From Neoechinorhynchus agilis (lineage: Eukaryota; Animalia; Acanthocephala): 64,000 bases of DNA. The stretch lies in contig CM121342.1 of NCBI GenBank assembly GCA_051530055.1, forward strand, positions 9,935,480 to 9,999,479, written 5' to 3'. Below are positions 25,635-38,944 of this stretch, one piece after another. Within the stretch, counting starts at the first letter, position 1. Each line of letters begins with the position of its first letter. Position numbers and translations under genes: made by a program. The notes under the pieces were generated by a model. It did no database searches and was not told where the DNA came from. It worked only from the letters and a program-made list of their open reading frames with translations.

Positions 25635-27926
25635 TCACACGTGTCTCGGGGGTTCAATGTTGAGCATAAAGAACATCGTTCGCATTACATATTCAGTTGC
25701 TGAGACCAATGCAACTCGGTTTGAGTGAACCGCTATAATTTCATCAGACAATTTAAGTTGATTCAAACAATAATGTTTGTTCACAAAAATATTAAAGGCT
25801 TTTGTTAGTTTGTCGAAATAATGACAAATCCGATGAAGTAGGAAATCGTTTGATACTTTTGGAATAATTTCTTCGTGCATCATTAAAGCTTTTATCAGAT
25901 CCCATTCTTCTTTATAAATAAAAGCCGGAACGCTCGTACATTGATTTAAGAATTGAAGACAATGTTCATTTGCTCCTCTGGGAACCTTTGAAGTAATCGA
26001 TTGAACACGAGCAAATGCGTAAAACAATTTATAATGTCGAATGCTATTTTGCCTACATCTCCATTGTGTAAATGGTTCGTCGAGAATGCGATTATGAAAT
26101 AGGTTGTTGTATTTGACCGCCGCGTAAATAATTAATTTTTCTATTTGTTGCTTTTCGTGTTCTTCAATACCTTGATAATTTACATCATGATCTTTTAAGT
26201 CATCTAATTGAGGGCGTAAGTACCTTTCAAGGTTTATATGACGATAGGGAATTTCGAAAGTAGCTGAGAAAATATAGAAATGGAACTAGAACTTTGTTCG
26301 ATTAATAATCAGACTTCTTATTGAACATCGTATCTATTGGGAAACAAGCACAGAATTCGCAATTTTTTTATCTCTCTCTTTAAATTGCGAAAATATTTTC
26401 CAATTTCGATTGAAAATTTGGGCATCCCAACAAGCATAATAAATAGAATAGGGCTCACTCGGTAAATAATTTTGTATTGAAAACCTTTCGAACCTCTTCA
26501 GATTCATCATCATTTTGTCAGTTATTAAAAGGATGATTAACCGGAAAATGTTGGAAACGTTTACCGGGTGAAGACCTAAACAATAATTATATCAATTTTT
26601 ATAGTAATTTCAGTGAAAATAATTGGCTGCTCAACTATTCGTAATCCTCTACCGACAAGTAAAGATTTCGTGGACTCCGGGGCAAGCTTTTTGAGCGGTA
26701 ATTCAAGCGCTACTCCGTATTTTACATGCTCAACGCGATGAACGTTGGGCACAATCCATCCAGCAGCTTTGCCAATTTTGAAAATATTGTCAAACTTCGA
26801 GGATTGTCCAGAATCAAGCACATAGAGAACCCAATCGGCGTTTTCTTCTACCAATCGATGTCTTAGAGCCGTCAGCTCCAAGGCATTTCGAGTGAAATGT
26901 CCGTTTTCATCCAACAATACCATCGGCTTCTTGATTTGCAAAACTAGCCTCGGTCGAACTATGGTACAACCATCTTCCTCGGTTACCAAATCCTTTTTTA
27001 TCAAGTCCTTAATGGTTTCCATTGCATAATCCACGTAAAAGGACTCGGGGCGATTAATGGAGCTTAACCCAAATTCGCTAAATGTTTCACGGAAATACTG
27101 TTTTGAAATATTAGAAATGAGTTTCCATACACTCAGTTCGGGCTCGCGAAAAGATCTTAAATTCCGGAGTGCCTTGAGAGATTTATTTTGGAATGATATA
27201 TTTTTATTGAATTTCTCTTCGGCATCGGTGTGGATCTTAACAATATCTTGAAATGAAAGCAACGTGGAAGCGGATTGAGTTGAGAGTCGTTGTCCGTATT
27301 TTTCAAGAAGCAGAACAATTAATGACGATAAACTTGGACGCCAATCACTTAAATGATTAATGGCAATAACTTGATTTCCAAGTATTGTTAAAAAGCGGTT
27401 TAAAGATTCGCCAATTATTGCAGATTTAAAGTGACCAGCGTGGATGCTCTTTGCAACCATAAGAGATGGATAATCGATGATTATTTTCAGTCCAGTTGGA
27501 TTGGGATCCGGAAAGCGGATCATTCCGTTTTCATCTTTTCGTTTCAGAAGATCTCTCAAGTACTGAGCTAATGCAGATGATGTCTCATGGAGCCTTCCTT
27601 TTAAAACATCAACTGGTTAAATGTTTCTTGCACAAGTCAAATACAATAAATCCTTTTCCGGATACAAAAATACTCGTTTCTTCAATGAATGATCCACTAG
27701 ATGATTTTCTTAAGTTAACGGCTATTTGTTTAGCGACATCATAAGGATCGCTATTTATTAGTTTAGAAATAAAAAAGGAACACGAAGATTTAAAGTCTGT
27801 TTGGCGATCTGTTAAAATATCAACTACCGGATCATTAATACCGAAAGTTTCCTTTATAACTTTTTTGAATAATTCCTTGATTGAATTTATTGGCGTTTTA
27901 TAGTTCGAAGCTTTGTCTTCGTTCAT
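25635..27926 (-). CDS. Divergent arginyl-tRNA synthetase-like protein (3 exons)
   Basis: N-terminal ArgRS domain (SGKGFI), HIGH-like AKSIHAGHFKSAIIGESL, INHLSDW, YVLDSGQ, AVKYNNL, FYAFARVQSI, and DALR-type end MLNIEPPRHV. Introns at about 27575-27620 and 26255-26655. Confidence 0.75.
26460..26605. mobile_element. Degenerate copy of the hammerhead-bearing palindromic element inside the ArgRS-like intron
   Basis: Contains tttcgaacc...ttcatcatca and ccgggtgaagacctaaacaataatt, matching the arms at 25243-25430. Confidence 0.6.
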
Positions 27927-28417
27927 CGTGAAAATGGAGCGAAAGGAGGGAAACACCTTTAGTTTCCTCCTTTCGCCACGTCATTTATTCACGACGCTCA
28001 ATGCTTTTATATGAATGCTGAACAACAAAATGGTTGAGTTTTCTAAGAATTACTTTTTATTCTAAATATTTCAACTTTTTATTCTTTCTAATGAATAAAC
28101 TCTATAAATAAAATCTACACCTAATCCGCTTCATAAAAAGTTGTCTTAGTTTATACATTCTCGAGCCAAGATGCTGCTCTCAGAAATTTATTCAAGTAAA
28201 CCAATACATTTGCGTAAATATTGCCATAAACGAGACTTCATGTAACCATTAATGTCCTTTTATTAACTTAATAACGGGCCGTTAAGAAATTTCTAATTAA
28301 ATCGTGGATTTCTCATGATACATCGCTGCCAATTTTAACCATTACAGCCAATTTTTTGGTATCCAATCAGTAAGTCATAAGTACAGAAATTGTTAAAGAA
28401 AGTTTTAAATGTCATCC

Positions 28418-28915
28418 GATTGATTATTGTATAAAAACTATAAAGCTCTGCAGGGCATTTAAATTTTGATTTTTTAAGAATTTGATTTAACGTCCGGATT
28501 TCTTTGCGATTTGCTCTAAATCACCAATGATTGATTATTGTATAAAAACAATAAAGCTCTGCAGGGCATTTAAATTTTGATTTTTTAAGAATTTGATTTG
28601 ACGTTCATATTTCTTAGTGACTTGCTCGAAATCACTAATGATTGATTATTGTCTAAAAACAATAAAGCTTTGGAGGGTATTTAAATTTAGTTTTTTAAGA
28701 ATTTGATTTGACGTTCATATTTCCGAGTTATTTGCTCTAAATCACCAATGATTGATTATTGTATAAAAACAATAAAGCTCTGGAGGGCATTTTAATTTTG
28801 ATTTTTTAAGAATTTGATTTGACGGTCGTATTTCTGAGTGATCCGCTATAAATCTCTAATGATTGATTGCTGTATAAAAACTATAAAGTTCTGGATGGCA
28901 TTTAAGTTTATTAAA
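28418..28915. repeat. Tandem repeat, about 111-bp unit, about 4.5 copies
   Basis: tgattattgt(a/c)taaaaac-like motif recurs at 28421, 28532, 28643, 28753 and 28864. Confidence 0.9.
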
Positions 28916-29187
28916 AACGTCTCTAATGATGAAAGTTTGAACTAGGAGATGCAACTGACCAATATATTGATTACCATTTATAAACCTGTTATACAGGATA
29001 GATATTGATCGGATGACTACAATTAGCCAATTAGTTGGAATTACTTGAGAAAGAATTTTTATGTCGGAATCGTGGGTCTTGTCATTCGCTCCACCTAAAG
29101 TGTCACCAATTGTTTTATGTTATGAATCATCCCTCGATTGCACTTTGCTTGTTTTAGAAAAAAATTCTAACTTTTGAAAATTGAACA

Positions 29188-32100
29188 ATGGCTGTTGTGT
29201 TAGGTAGTAACTTTATTTAGAAGAAGATCTCTCATATTTTTAACTTAGGTGGAGGAACTGGATTTGTTGGTAAGCATCTAAGACGAATTATCCCTACGGC
29301 TGAGAAGGTTTTCGTGATCACTCGAACTCCAAAAAGCTCGAATGATATCAAATGGGTATATTGATTGCACTTTACTAATAAAAGATTCTAACATATTTGT
29401 TTAGGACGATCTAGAGCATCGATTACCAAAGAAAGCTAAAGCAGTGATTGCTTTACAGGGAGAAACAGTTTTGCAACCATTTAAACATCTCGTTTCAAAA
29501 TTCTACGATGAACTCATCTCAAGCAGAGTGCAGACTCTATGATTGCTGATCCTCATTTTTTTGAAGATCTGGCGATTCATATTTTATCATTTTATTAAAT
29601 TGAACTGTATAAATTTATCTTTGTACTGGACATTTAGCGATTTTTTCCTTACTTTTAAAGATTCCGATGCTTGTTTACGACGTAAATATTAAAGAAATTT
29701 ATTTAATACGATACTTCCGAAACAACCTGGCAAGATTGAGCCCCGAAAACAATCGGATCTAATAAAAAAATTTTTAAATTTCAACCGCCATAAACAAGCA
29801 TCAATAATTCAATCTTCAAACGAGGATTGTTATACCAATCGCCGGTTAAGCTGTTCTCACAAAACGTTTTAAATATTTTAAATGTTTGTATCTGGCGTAA
29901 AGAAGTATTTATTAATTCTAATATTTCAGTACAATCTTGTGCCAATTACTTTCTAACAAGCTTGGTAAAGGCGTATAAGATTGTTCCGAAATATTGGAAG
30001 CAATAAATTCTTTTAATTTTACGCCAGATACAAACATTTAATATATTTGGAATGTTCTATGAGAGCAGCTTAACAAACGATTGGTATGGCAATCTTTGTT
30101 TGAAGATTGAATTATTAATGCTTGTTTGGTGGCGGTTAAAAATTAAAAGAATTTATTAAATCCAATCTTTTTCGGAGGTTGATAAAGGCGTACAAGATTG
30201 AGCCCCGAAAACAATCGGATCTAATAAAAAAATTTTAAATTTCAACCGCCATAAACAAGCATCAATAATTCAATCTTCAAACGAAGATTGTTATACCAAT
30301 CGCCGGTTAAGCTGTTCTCACAAAACGTTTTAAATATTTTAAATGTTTGTATCTGGCGTAAAAAAGTATTTATTAATTCTAATATTTCAGTACAATCTTG
30401 TGCCAATTACTTTCTAACAAGCTTGGTAAAGGCGTATAAGATTGTTCCGAAATATTGGAAGCAATAAATTCTTTTAATTTTACGCCAGATACAAACATTT
30501 AATATATTTGGAATGTTCTATGAGAGCAGCTTAACAAACGATTGGTATGGCAATCTTTGTTTGAAGATTGAATTATTAATGCTTGTTTGGTGGCGGTTAA
30601 AAATTAAAAGAATTTATTAAATCCAATCTTTTTCGGAGGTTGATAAAGGCGTACAAGATTGAGCCCCGAAAACAATCGGATCTAATAAAAAAATTTTAAA
30701 TTTCAACCGCCATAAACAAGCATCAATAATTCAATCTTCAAACGAGGATTGTTATACCAATTGCCGGCAAGCCGTTCTCACAAAATTTTAGCGAAATGTT
30801 TGTATCTGGCGTAAAAAAGTATGTATTCATTCTAATATTTCAGTACAATCTTGTGCCAATTACTTTCTAACAAGCTTGGTAAAGGCGTATAAGATTGTTC
30901 CGAAATATTGGAAGCAATAAATTCTTTTAATTTTACGCCAGATACAAACATTTAAAATATTTAGAACGTTCTATGAGAGCAGCTTAACAAACGATTGGTA
31001 TCGCAATCTTTGTTTGAAGATTGAATTACTAATGCTTGTTTGGTGGCGGTGAAAAATTAAAAGAATTTATTAAATCCAATCTTTTTCGGAGGTTGATAAA
31101 GGCGTACAAGATTGAGCCCCGAAAACAATCGGATCTAATAAAAAAATTTAAATTTCAACCGCCATAAACAAGCATCAATAATTCAATCTTCAAACGAGGA
31201 TTGTTATACCAATCGCCGGTTAAGCTGTTCTCACAAAACGTTTTAAATATTTTAAATGTTTGTATCTGGCGTAAAGAAGTATGTATTCATTCTAATATTT
31301 CAGTACAATCTTGTGCCAATTACTTTCTAACAAGCTTGGTAAAGGCGTATAAGATTGTTCCGAAATATTGGAAGCAATAAATTCTTTTAATTTTACGCCA
31401 GATGCAAACATTTAAAATATTTAGAACGTTCTATGAGAGCAGCTTAACAAACGATTGGTATGGCAATCTTTGTTTGAAGATTGAATTATTAATGCTTGTT
31501 TGGTGGCGGTGAAAAATTAAAAGAATTTATTAAATCCAATCTTTTTCGGAGGTTGATAAAGGCGTACAAGATTGAGCCCCGAAAACAATCGGATCTAATA
31601 AAAAATTTTTTAAATTTCAACCGCCATAAACAAGCATCAATAATTCAATCTTCAAACGAGGATTGTTATACCAATCGCCGGTTAAGCTGTTCTCACAAAA
31701 CGTTTTAAATATTTTTAATGTGTGTATCTGGCGTAAAAAGTATTTATTCATTCTAATATTTCAGTACAATCTTGATCCAATTACTTTCTAACAAGCTTGG
31801 TAAAGGCGTATAAAATTGTTCCGAAATATTGGAAGCAATAAATTCTTTTAATTTTACGCCAGATACAAACATTTAAAATATTTAGAACGTTCTATGAGAG
31901 CAGCTTAACAAACGATTGGTATGGCAATCTTTGTTTGAAGATTGAATTATTAATGCTTGTTTGGTGGCGGTGAAAAATTAAAAGAATTTATTAAATCCGA
32001 TCTTTTTCGGAGGTTGATAAAGGCGTACAAGATTTAGCCCCGAAAACAATCGGATCTAATAAATCCTTTTAAAATTTCAACCGCCATAAACAAGCATCAA

Positions 32101-33312
32101 TTATTCAATCTTCAAACGAAGATTGTTATACCAATCGCCTGTTAAGCTGTTCTCACAAAACGTTTTAAATATTTTAAATGTTTGTATCTGGCGTAAAAAA
32201 GTATGTATTCATTCTAATATTTCAGTACAATCTTGTGCCAATTACTTTCTAACAAGCTTGGTAAAGGCGTATAAGATTGTTCCGAAATATTGGAAGCAAT
32301 AAATTCTTTTAATTTTACGCCAGATACAAACATATAAAATATTTAGAGCGTTCTATGAGAGCAGCTTAACAAACGATTGGTGTGGCAATCTTTGTTTGAA
32401 GATTGAATTATTAATGCTTGTTTGGTGGCGGTGAAAAATTAAAAGTATTTATTAAATCCGATCTTTTTCGGAGGTTGATAAAGGCGTACAAGATTGAGCC
32501 CCGAAAACAATCGGATCTAATAATTCTTTTAAATTTTCATCGCTATAAACAAGAATTATTAATTCAATCCTCAAACAATTATTTTAAAGTAATTACTTTT
32601 ATAAATGAGGATTCGATTCTTAAAAAAGATTAACAGTGCGATTAAATCGATGGAACCAGAGGATCGACCTGCATCTCTTATTTCAATGTCAGGCGTCGGC
32701 TTTTATCGGCCGAGTAAAACCAATGAGTATAACGAAGACTCGGAAGGCGGCGATGATTTCTTAGCTCGATTAGTTCAAAAATGGGAATCTGCTTCGATTC
32801 CTCCTGAGGGTGTAAGGCATGTAATTCTTAGAACAGGTTCATATGACTGTTATTATAATTTTACTTTAAATCTTTATTTAGGAATTGTCCTTGGGCCAGA
32901 CGGAGGCTTCATTAAGTCCATATACTGGCCGTACTTCTTTGGTCTTGGTGGACGTATGGGTTCAGGCAATCAATATTTACCATGGATTCATGTTGATGAT
33001 CTTGCTAGAATTATCTGGCACGCGGCTGAAAATAAAGAAATGAAGGGAGTCCTTAACGCTGTTGCTCCTCAGATTATAACTCAACGAGAATTCGCGAATA
33101 CCTTTGCAGCTTCATTTAAACCTCCTAGACCTGCAGTAATTCCAATAATCAGTCCGATCGTTCGAATGATGTTCGGCGACAATTTAAACGTCGTTGTCTT
33201 AGAAGGGCAAAAGGTGAGGAATGAGAAACTCAATAAAATTGGGTTTGAATACAAATACCCAGATATTCAAAAGGCGTGTGCTGCACTCCACGATTGTGGG
33301 AAGAAGTGCTAA
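29188..33312 (+). CDS. SDR39U1: Epimerase family protein SDR39U1, interrupted by a 3083-bp insert
   Basis: GGTGFVG Rossmann motif (29250-29270), SGVGFY, GRMGSGNQYLPWIHVDD, LEGQKV, GFEYKYPDI. Confidence 0.9.
29540..32622 (+). other. TA-flanked insert within the SDR39U1 coding exon
   Basis: TA at 29538-39 and 32621-22. Sub-terminal inverted ATCCTCATTT / AAATGAGGAT. Removal gives SRVQTLKKINSAI, collinear with SRLETTQLLAKAI of homologues. Confidence 0.7.
29720..32560. repeat. Palindromic satellite, about 460-bp unit, about 6 copies
   Basis: gagccccgaaaacaatcgg-like motif recurs at about 29739, 30201, 30661, 31114, 31574, 32035 and 32496. Each unit carries long inverted arms. Confidence 0.95.
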
Positions 33313-34578
33313 TAATATTAAGCTTTAGTAGACTTTTTTAAATTAAATTGTTAACTCTTTATTTGTATTCTAAGAAGTGGATAAATGCCGTGAATGTGGA
33401 GTTGATGATAAGTGCCTCACCGAGTGCTCGTTAAAATTAAAGTTAATGATTATAAATTATTTTTAGATATGTTATTATTTTTTGTTTGCTAATAATGTCT
33501 TAAATGTCCGTCAATAATTGATTACTTGGGGCACGAATGAGCTGCCAGTTAAAAAGGACAGGAATTGAGTGCGGAAAATTTGTATAAAAATTAACGCAAG
33601 TTAAGAAACAGCCAACTAAACCAATACCCGATTTCCTCACAAATATTATCGCTTTTGTGACATTAAAAAATAGATGCTTTGAAATATTCATTAGTCAAAT
33701 TTGTACTATTTTTTCCGGTTAAGCAGGCCACGCTGTAAGAACTTTTTTTTAAGTTTCAATTTTTTTTAACGTGCTCATTTCGTTGACTTTAAAATGTTCA
33801 AATCAGCATTAAAAGTTAAGATCACTGTCGTTCAAAGTTATACTCATATTCTTTCCTTTCTGAAGCTAAATCACAAAAAAAACGAATTAAGTGCTAGCGA
33901 AATAAAATCTTCGTTCAATGTCGTCTTTAAAAAATTTGAGGCTGTTGACGGAATGAGTTTTGAGAAAGGTGATCTTTTCAATATATTGTGGATTTTTTTT
34001 AGATAAAAAACAATAAACGGACTTAATAGAAAAATATACATGAGCGAAACTCATCCACATATTATGCAATCAAAATTTAAGAAAGCTTGCAATTTCTTCC
34101 ACTCCCTTAATTCAGAATTGCCATTTTCAAGAAATTTTCGTCATGTGCAAAACAGGCAAAAAAGAGATCGCAATAGCGCCAATCGATAATAAAATCGAAA
34201 TTTGCACCAGATATTTTGAATAAAAAAGCGAAAATATGTTTGATAAATTTGCTTCAAAGCTCCATTTTCTAACATGTCAATTATTAAAATTTCAGCTCAA
34301 GTAGGTTAATTTCAATAAATTTCCTATATATAAAGTGTTTAACGATAGTGATTTTTCACAGCAAAGTAGAAATATAGAGTAAAATAATTTTGATGGTGGT
34401 CATTTACAGAGGATCATTTATTTGCGAAGATTGAAATATCAGGACAAAATGTAAATAATTGCGATCATGACATTGTGAATTTACATTTTTGTATGCGTCC
34501 ATAAATCTTTCACAAATAATTTAGTTTAAAATATCAGTTTGATTTTTTAAGAGAAAGTAGCAAGTATAACTATCATTC

Positions 34579-35397
34579 TCATTTAATGAATAAGGCGCTA
34601 CTGCTGGATTCCGAAAACTTGCACATTTTCCACTGATCTGCCTCAATGAACATTTCCCTAACATTTTCATCGAATATTCTCATCCACCTTTTGGCCACCT
34701 CAGTGGTTGGCTCTTTTGTTTGCCAAGGTTTCGATTTTCCAAGAAAATGAACGATTTTGTTCGTGTGATTCACGCAGCGATCAACAGCGAACGCTGGACA
34801 ATTGTACGAAATTGGAAGACGCTTTCGAATCTCATTCTCATACCATCTATTGAAGAAAAGATTTAGAATTCCTTGATCAGCTCCGTCGTAGCTTCGACTT
34901 TTGTTGACAAGCTCCATTAATTTGTGAAATGTGTTCATGTTTGGGTTGAAAACGAACAGTCCGGAATTGAAACAATCTGGCCATCCAAAATCCGGCACTG
35001 CAGAGAGTTCGTCCCTTTCGAAAAGATCATCAATGTTTGCCAATACCAATATGTCCGCATCAAGAAACACACATTTCGAGAACTCTGTGAATGTCCAACA
35101 ATGTAATTTGGTGTAAGTACAACCTAGCTCCGGACGCCCGAGAATATTCAGTCGTTCAGTATCTTCAGAATCGATCATATCAACTAATTTTACACGATCA
35201 AAGATTTGCTCTAATACATTGACCATTGTAATCGAAACTTCGGGTGTTATGAGAATGCAAACCTTTCCGTGAGATCCAGTTAGTCTGATCGATTGACATA
35301 AGACGATCGCAGCGATTGAATACGTATCATTGGTCGCCAGAGTTACAAATGCCTGCTGGGTGTTTTCATTAGTTTTCGAAAGCTTGAGTTGTTCCAT
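34579..35397 (-). CDS. GYG1: Glycogenin (GT8 glycosyltransferase)
   Basis: AFVTLATND, GCTYTKLHCW, VFLDAD, PDFGWPDCFNSG, SYDGADQGILN, IVHFLGKSKPW. A short upstream exon is possible. Confidence 0.92.
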   Translation of the reverse strand: MEQLKLSKTNENTQQAFVTLATNDTYSIAAIVLCQSIRLTGSHGKVCILITPEVSITMVNVLEQIFDRVKLVDMIDSEDTERLNILGRPELGCTYTKLHCWTFTEFSKCVFLDADILVLANIDDLFERDELSAVPDFGWPDCFNSGLFVFNPNMNTFHKLMELVNKSRSYDGADQGILNLFFNRWYENEIRKRLPISYNCPAFAVDRCVNHTNKIVHFLGKSKPWQTKEPTTEVAKRWMRIFDENVREMFIEADQWKMCKFSESSSSALFIK

Positions 35398-36121
35398 CTA
35401 AAATTAAAAATAAGTATTAAGGCCAGAAGCTTTAGTTTTATGGTCTAAAGATATAAATGTATTAATATGTGAAAACGATGTATTTGCAAGGACAAGCACA
35501 GAGAAGTTACCCTTTTAGGAATGTAAGGAAATCGAAATGCTGCCAGAGACATTAATATCAAAAAAAACTACCACTAGCGGCAAGTAAGAAGGTGATGTTT
35601 AAGTTTTCTTTAAATATAAAATGTTACACAACTTTATGTAATAAGACGAATTTCTGAGACGCGAAAAACGCTGTATTTTTATTCCGATGATACTTCACTC
35701 GCGAAAATGTCAGTGACTTGTAGATGTGCTCAAGCACGTAAATAAAATTCCTGTGAAAAATTCCAACCTTGATTAAAAGGGATTATCTTGTAATATTTGG
35801 AAATGACGCAAAGTAAAGATATCAATAATGCTGATTGATCAGAAATATTTCGGTCTTTAAAACTATAGGAATCAAAAACAACTGTCGAAATAGTCTTTTT
35901 GCTCTCTCTCTGTGCAATTAGTAAATTAAAGTACTGACATTATTACTACGCTTTTGAAAAAATGTCAGTATTTTTGCCGGCATTTTCCACAAAGATCCTA
36001 GAATTTTCCAAAGAGATTGGTGATCAATTGGATTTTTTCCTACAATTGTTTTTTTAATTAAAATACATGATGCGCTTCGATACAAATTACAAATCTATTT
36101 GCAAAATACTTATCCACGTGC

Positions 36122-37553
36122 TTAAATCTTTTTGTTTAAATTATTCTTCTTTAAGACAGCAGGCGCAACAAGTTGTCGCGTTCGCCCTCCACGCCCATTA
36201 TAAGAAAACCCAACAGGAAGTACTGGTAATCGTGGATAAACGGGAAGCACAACTGGCTCATTAAGCGAATCGTTCGCGGTTGTTGCATCTGCGTCGATAA
36301 TCTCAATTACATCGTTTCCTAGCAGTTTTCTTTTCTTTTCTTCAATCTCTTTCGGCAATGGGCTCTCGTTAATGATTCGAGTTACCAAACTGGAATTCAG
36401 ACGTGATGTGTTCAAAGCAAATAAATTTAAAGTCTCCCGTTTCACTTCAAATCTTTTCAATTGCTTTTCAGCTTCAACTTGTTTAAGGTCATTAACAGGC
36501 AACGGTTTGGTGTCAATCTTGGTATTAACGGATTCCATTTCTTTCCTTTTATGCAAAACAGAGAATCTCTTATACACAAGTCCTTTGGCTTTGTGAATCT
36601 CCTGCGTTGCATTATGAAGTTCTTTATGAAGTGCTAAGCAAACGCAGTTTAGCTCGTCAATTTTTCTAGCGGCATGTTCTGGCATTAACATAGCCCCTGA
36701 TTCTCTTGCATTTTTACTGAGATATTTTTCGAATTCATCGTATGTTCCTATAGAAATAAAAGCAGTGAGAATCGATCAATAAAAACAGAATCATAAACCA
36801 AAAATTCAGCGGAATGATTGATGCATAAAAAATTCGTCAACATTTTTTTTAGCAAAATCTAACTAAATTTATTTACGTCAAGTCTAGAATAAATGTTACC
36901 TGTCATTGCAGTTCTAAGCGTCTTCTCTACGCTGCATTTCTTTTCTAAATTATCATATTTAACTTTAAGATCATTATATCGATTTCTTAACTGTCGATAC
37001 ATCCTAAACAAAAACTATGATAATCATCACGGCGAACTTAGTAACTCGCGTGGCTTCTGCTTTTAAATTCCTGTTGCACTTTTGCAACTCCGAAAATTCT
37101 TCTAATATTTTCGTCTTTTCACTCCTTTCCTTGTCTCTTTCAACTGATGCCTACGACAATCTCACAAAAATACATTTCTAAAAAAGAATATATCCACCTC
37201 TAAAAGTTTCCGTTTGCAATCATCCAATTCACGCTTCAAATCTCCAACACTTGGAGACGCTTTTAGATCGCCGTCATCTATACAAATGGGAAAATACAGT
37301 CTTCTAAGAAGAATATTATGTTCGTATAAATAATAAAATATTGTTTTTTGACTCACTTTATTATTAATTTGTTTGATCCAATCAGAAATCTACATTGGGG
37401 GCATGTACGGCGGACGGAATTTTTAAACCATTCGTCGAGACAAATTCCATGGAAAATATGGCCACACGGGCATGCCGATACATTTGAATCGAGATGCATT
37501 TCCTCGGTGCATATTAGACATTGCAGCTGAACATCATTGAACTTCTTAGCCAT
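36122..37553 (-). CDS. TRAIP: TRAIP/NOPO-like RING E3 ubiquitin ligase (multi-exon)
   Basis: N-terminal RING CLIC...CGHIFHGICLDEWF...TCPQCR, coiled-coil exons, and C-terminal YNGRGGRT resembling FDGLGGRT. Confidence 0.8.
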
Positions 37554-38210
37554 GAGTCTAAAAATTTGTGACTTTGATACCGAGGTCAACGCGATAATAA
37601 GAACGATTTTGTCATCGAAATTTTTTATAATTGCTTAAACAAATTAAATCGATTTAAAATATATATTTTTAAATGTAACAGGAAAATTTGTTTTTAAGAT
37701 GCATACCGACAATAACGGAACCGCTATAATTCTCGAGCTGCAAATAAATTCGATTCCGTTTAATGAAGTCTGGGATGATAGCGACTAAATTTAGCCATAA
37801 CCATCCATCGAATTAAGGTATTAATTTAGTAAAGGTACACAAATATAGACCCTTCTTGAAAGAAATTATTAAGTTTTAACGCTAGTATTTGAGAAAAGCT
37901 TAAAAATAAACCGAAAATTTTATTCGGAATTTCAGCAAAAAGAGGAAAATTCCTATACCTCAAAATGTCGTAAAAAAATAGAATAAGCACGATCAAATTG
38001 AATGTTTTTTTCATCCCAAAAATTTCAATGGTCGTTTAAACGCCAATGTTAGCATCACAATCCAGCGAGGAAATGCAACGTTACATAAGCGATCACTTCG
38101 CTATGTTAAAAAAATAATGTTTTAAATGAATTCTGACAATAAATTTTAGTATATTTTTTTCAAAAGAATCCGCAATTTATTTCGCATGATATCTTATAAT
38201 TTTGTTCACT

Positions 38211-38827
38211 GAAAACTGCGCTTTTTTAGGTATCAATCATTTTCGATACCTCATGAACATTGAAGCGTTTATAAAAATATTTGAATCGCTTTTTGTTAAG
38301 CAAAACCTAAATTATTCGAAAATAGAGATGGCTATTCCATTTTATGATATTTCGATGACTAATGACATAAATCACGAAATAAAGATCCTCAGGGAAGCAT
38401 TTTCGAAAACGGAATTTAATTTTTTTGATATTAAAACCTGCGCTTTTTTTAGTTATCAATCATTTTCGGTATCTCATGAACATTGAAGCGTTTATAAAAA
38501 TATTTGAATCGCTTTTTGTCATGAAAAACCTAAATTATTCGAAAATAGAGATGGCTATTCCATTTTATGATATTTCGATGATTAATGACATAAATCACGA
38601 AATAAAGATCCTCAGGAAAGCATTTTCGAAAACGGAATTTAATTTTTTTGATATTAAAACCTGCGCTTTTTTTAGTTATCAATCATTTTCGGTATCTCAT
38701 GAACATTGAAGCGTTTATAAAAATATTTGAATCGCTTTTTGTCATGAAAAACCTAAATTATTCGAAAATAGAGATGGCTATTCCATTTTATGATATTTCG
38801 ATGACTAATGACATAAATCACGAAATC
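38211..38827. repeat. Tandem repeat, 223-bp unit, about 2.75 copies
   Basis: Near-identical blocks begin at about 38211, 38434 and 38657. Confidence 0.92.
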
Positions 38828-38944
38828 ATCCTTTTCTGAGAAACACCCAGAAAAACACTCAAATGATCTTTTAAGCAAAACACGCGGAAGACATTGTTGG
38901 CTCCATATTTTTCGGATTGGCGGATTCGTTTAATCATTGTAAGG

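Noticed and set aside
31496-32633. Short ORFs within satellites (also 38202-38839 and 55555-56922) as genes
   Set aside because: They recur with the repeat period, lack recognisable domains and shift frame between copies.
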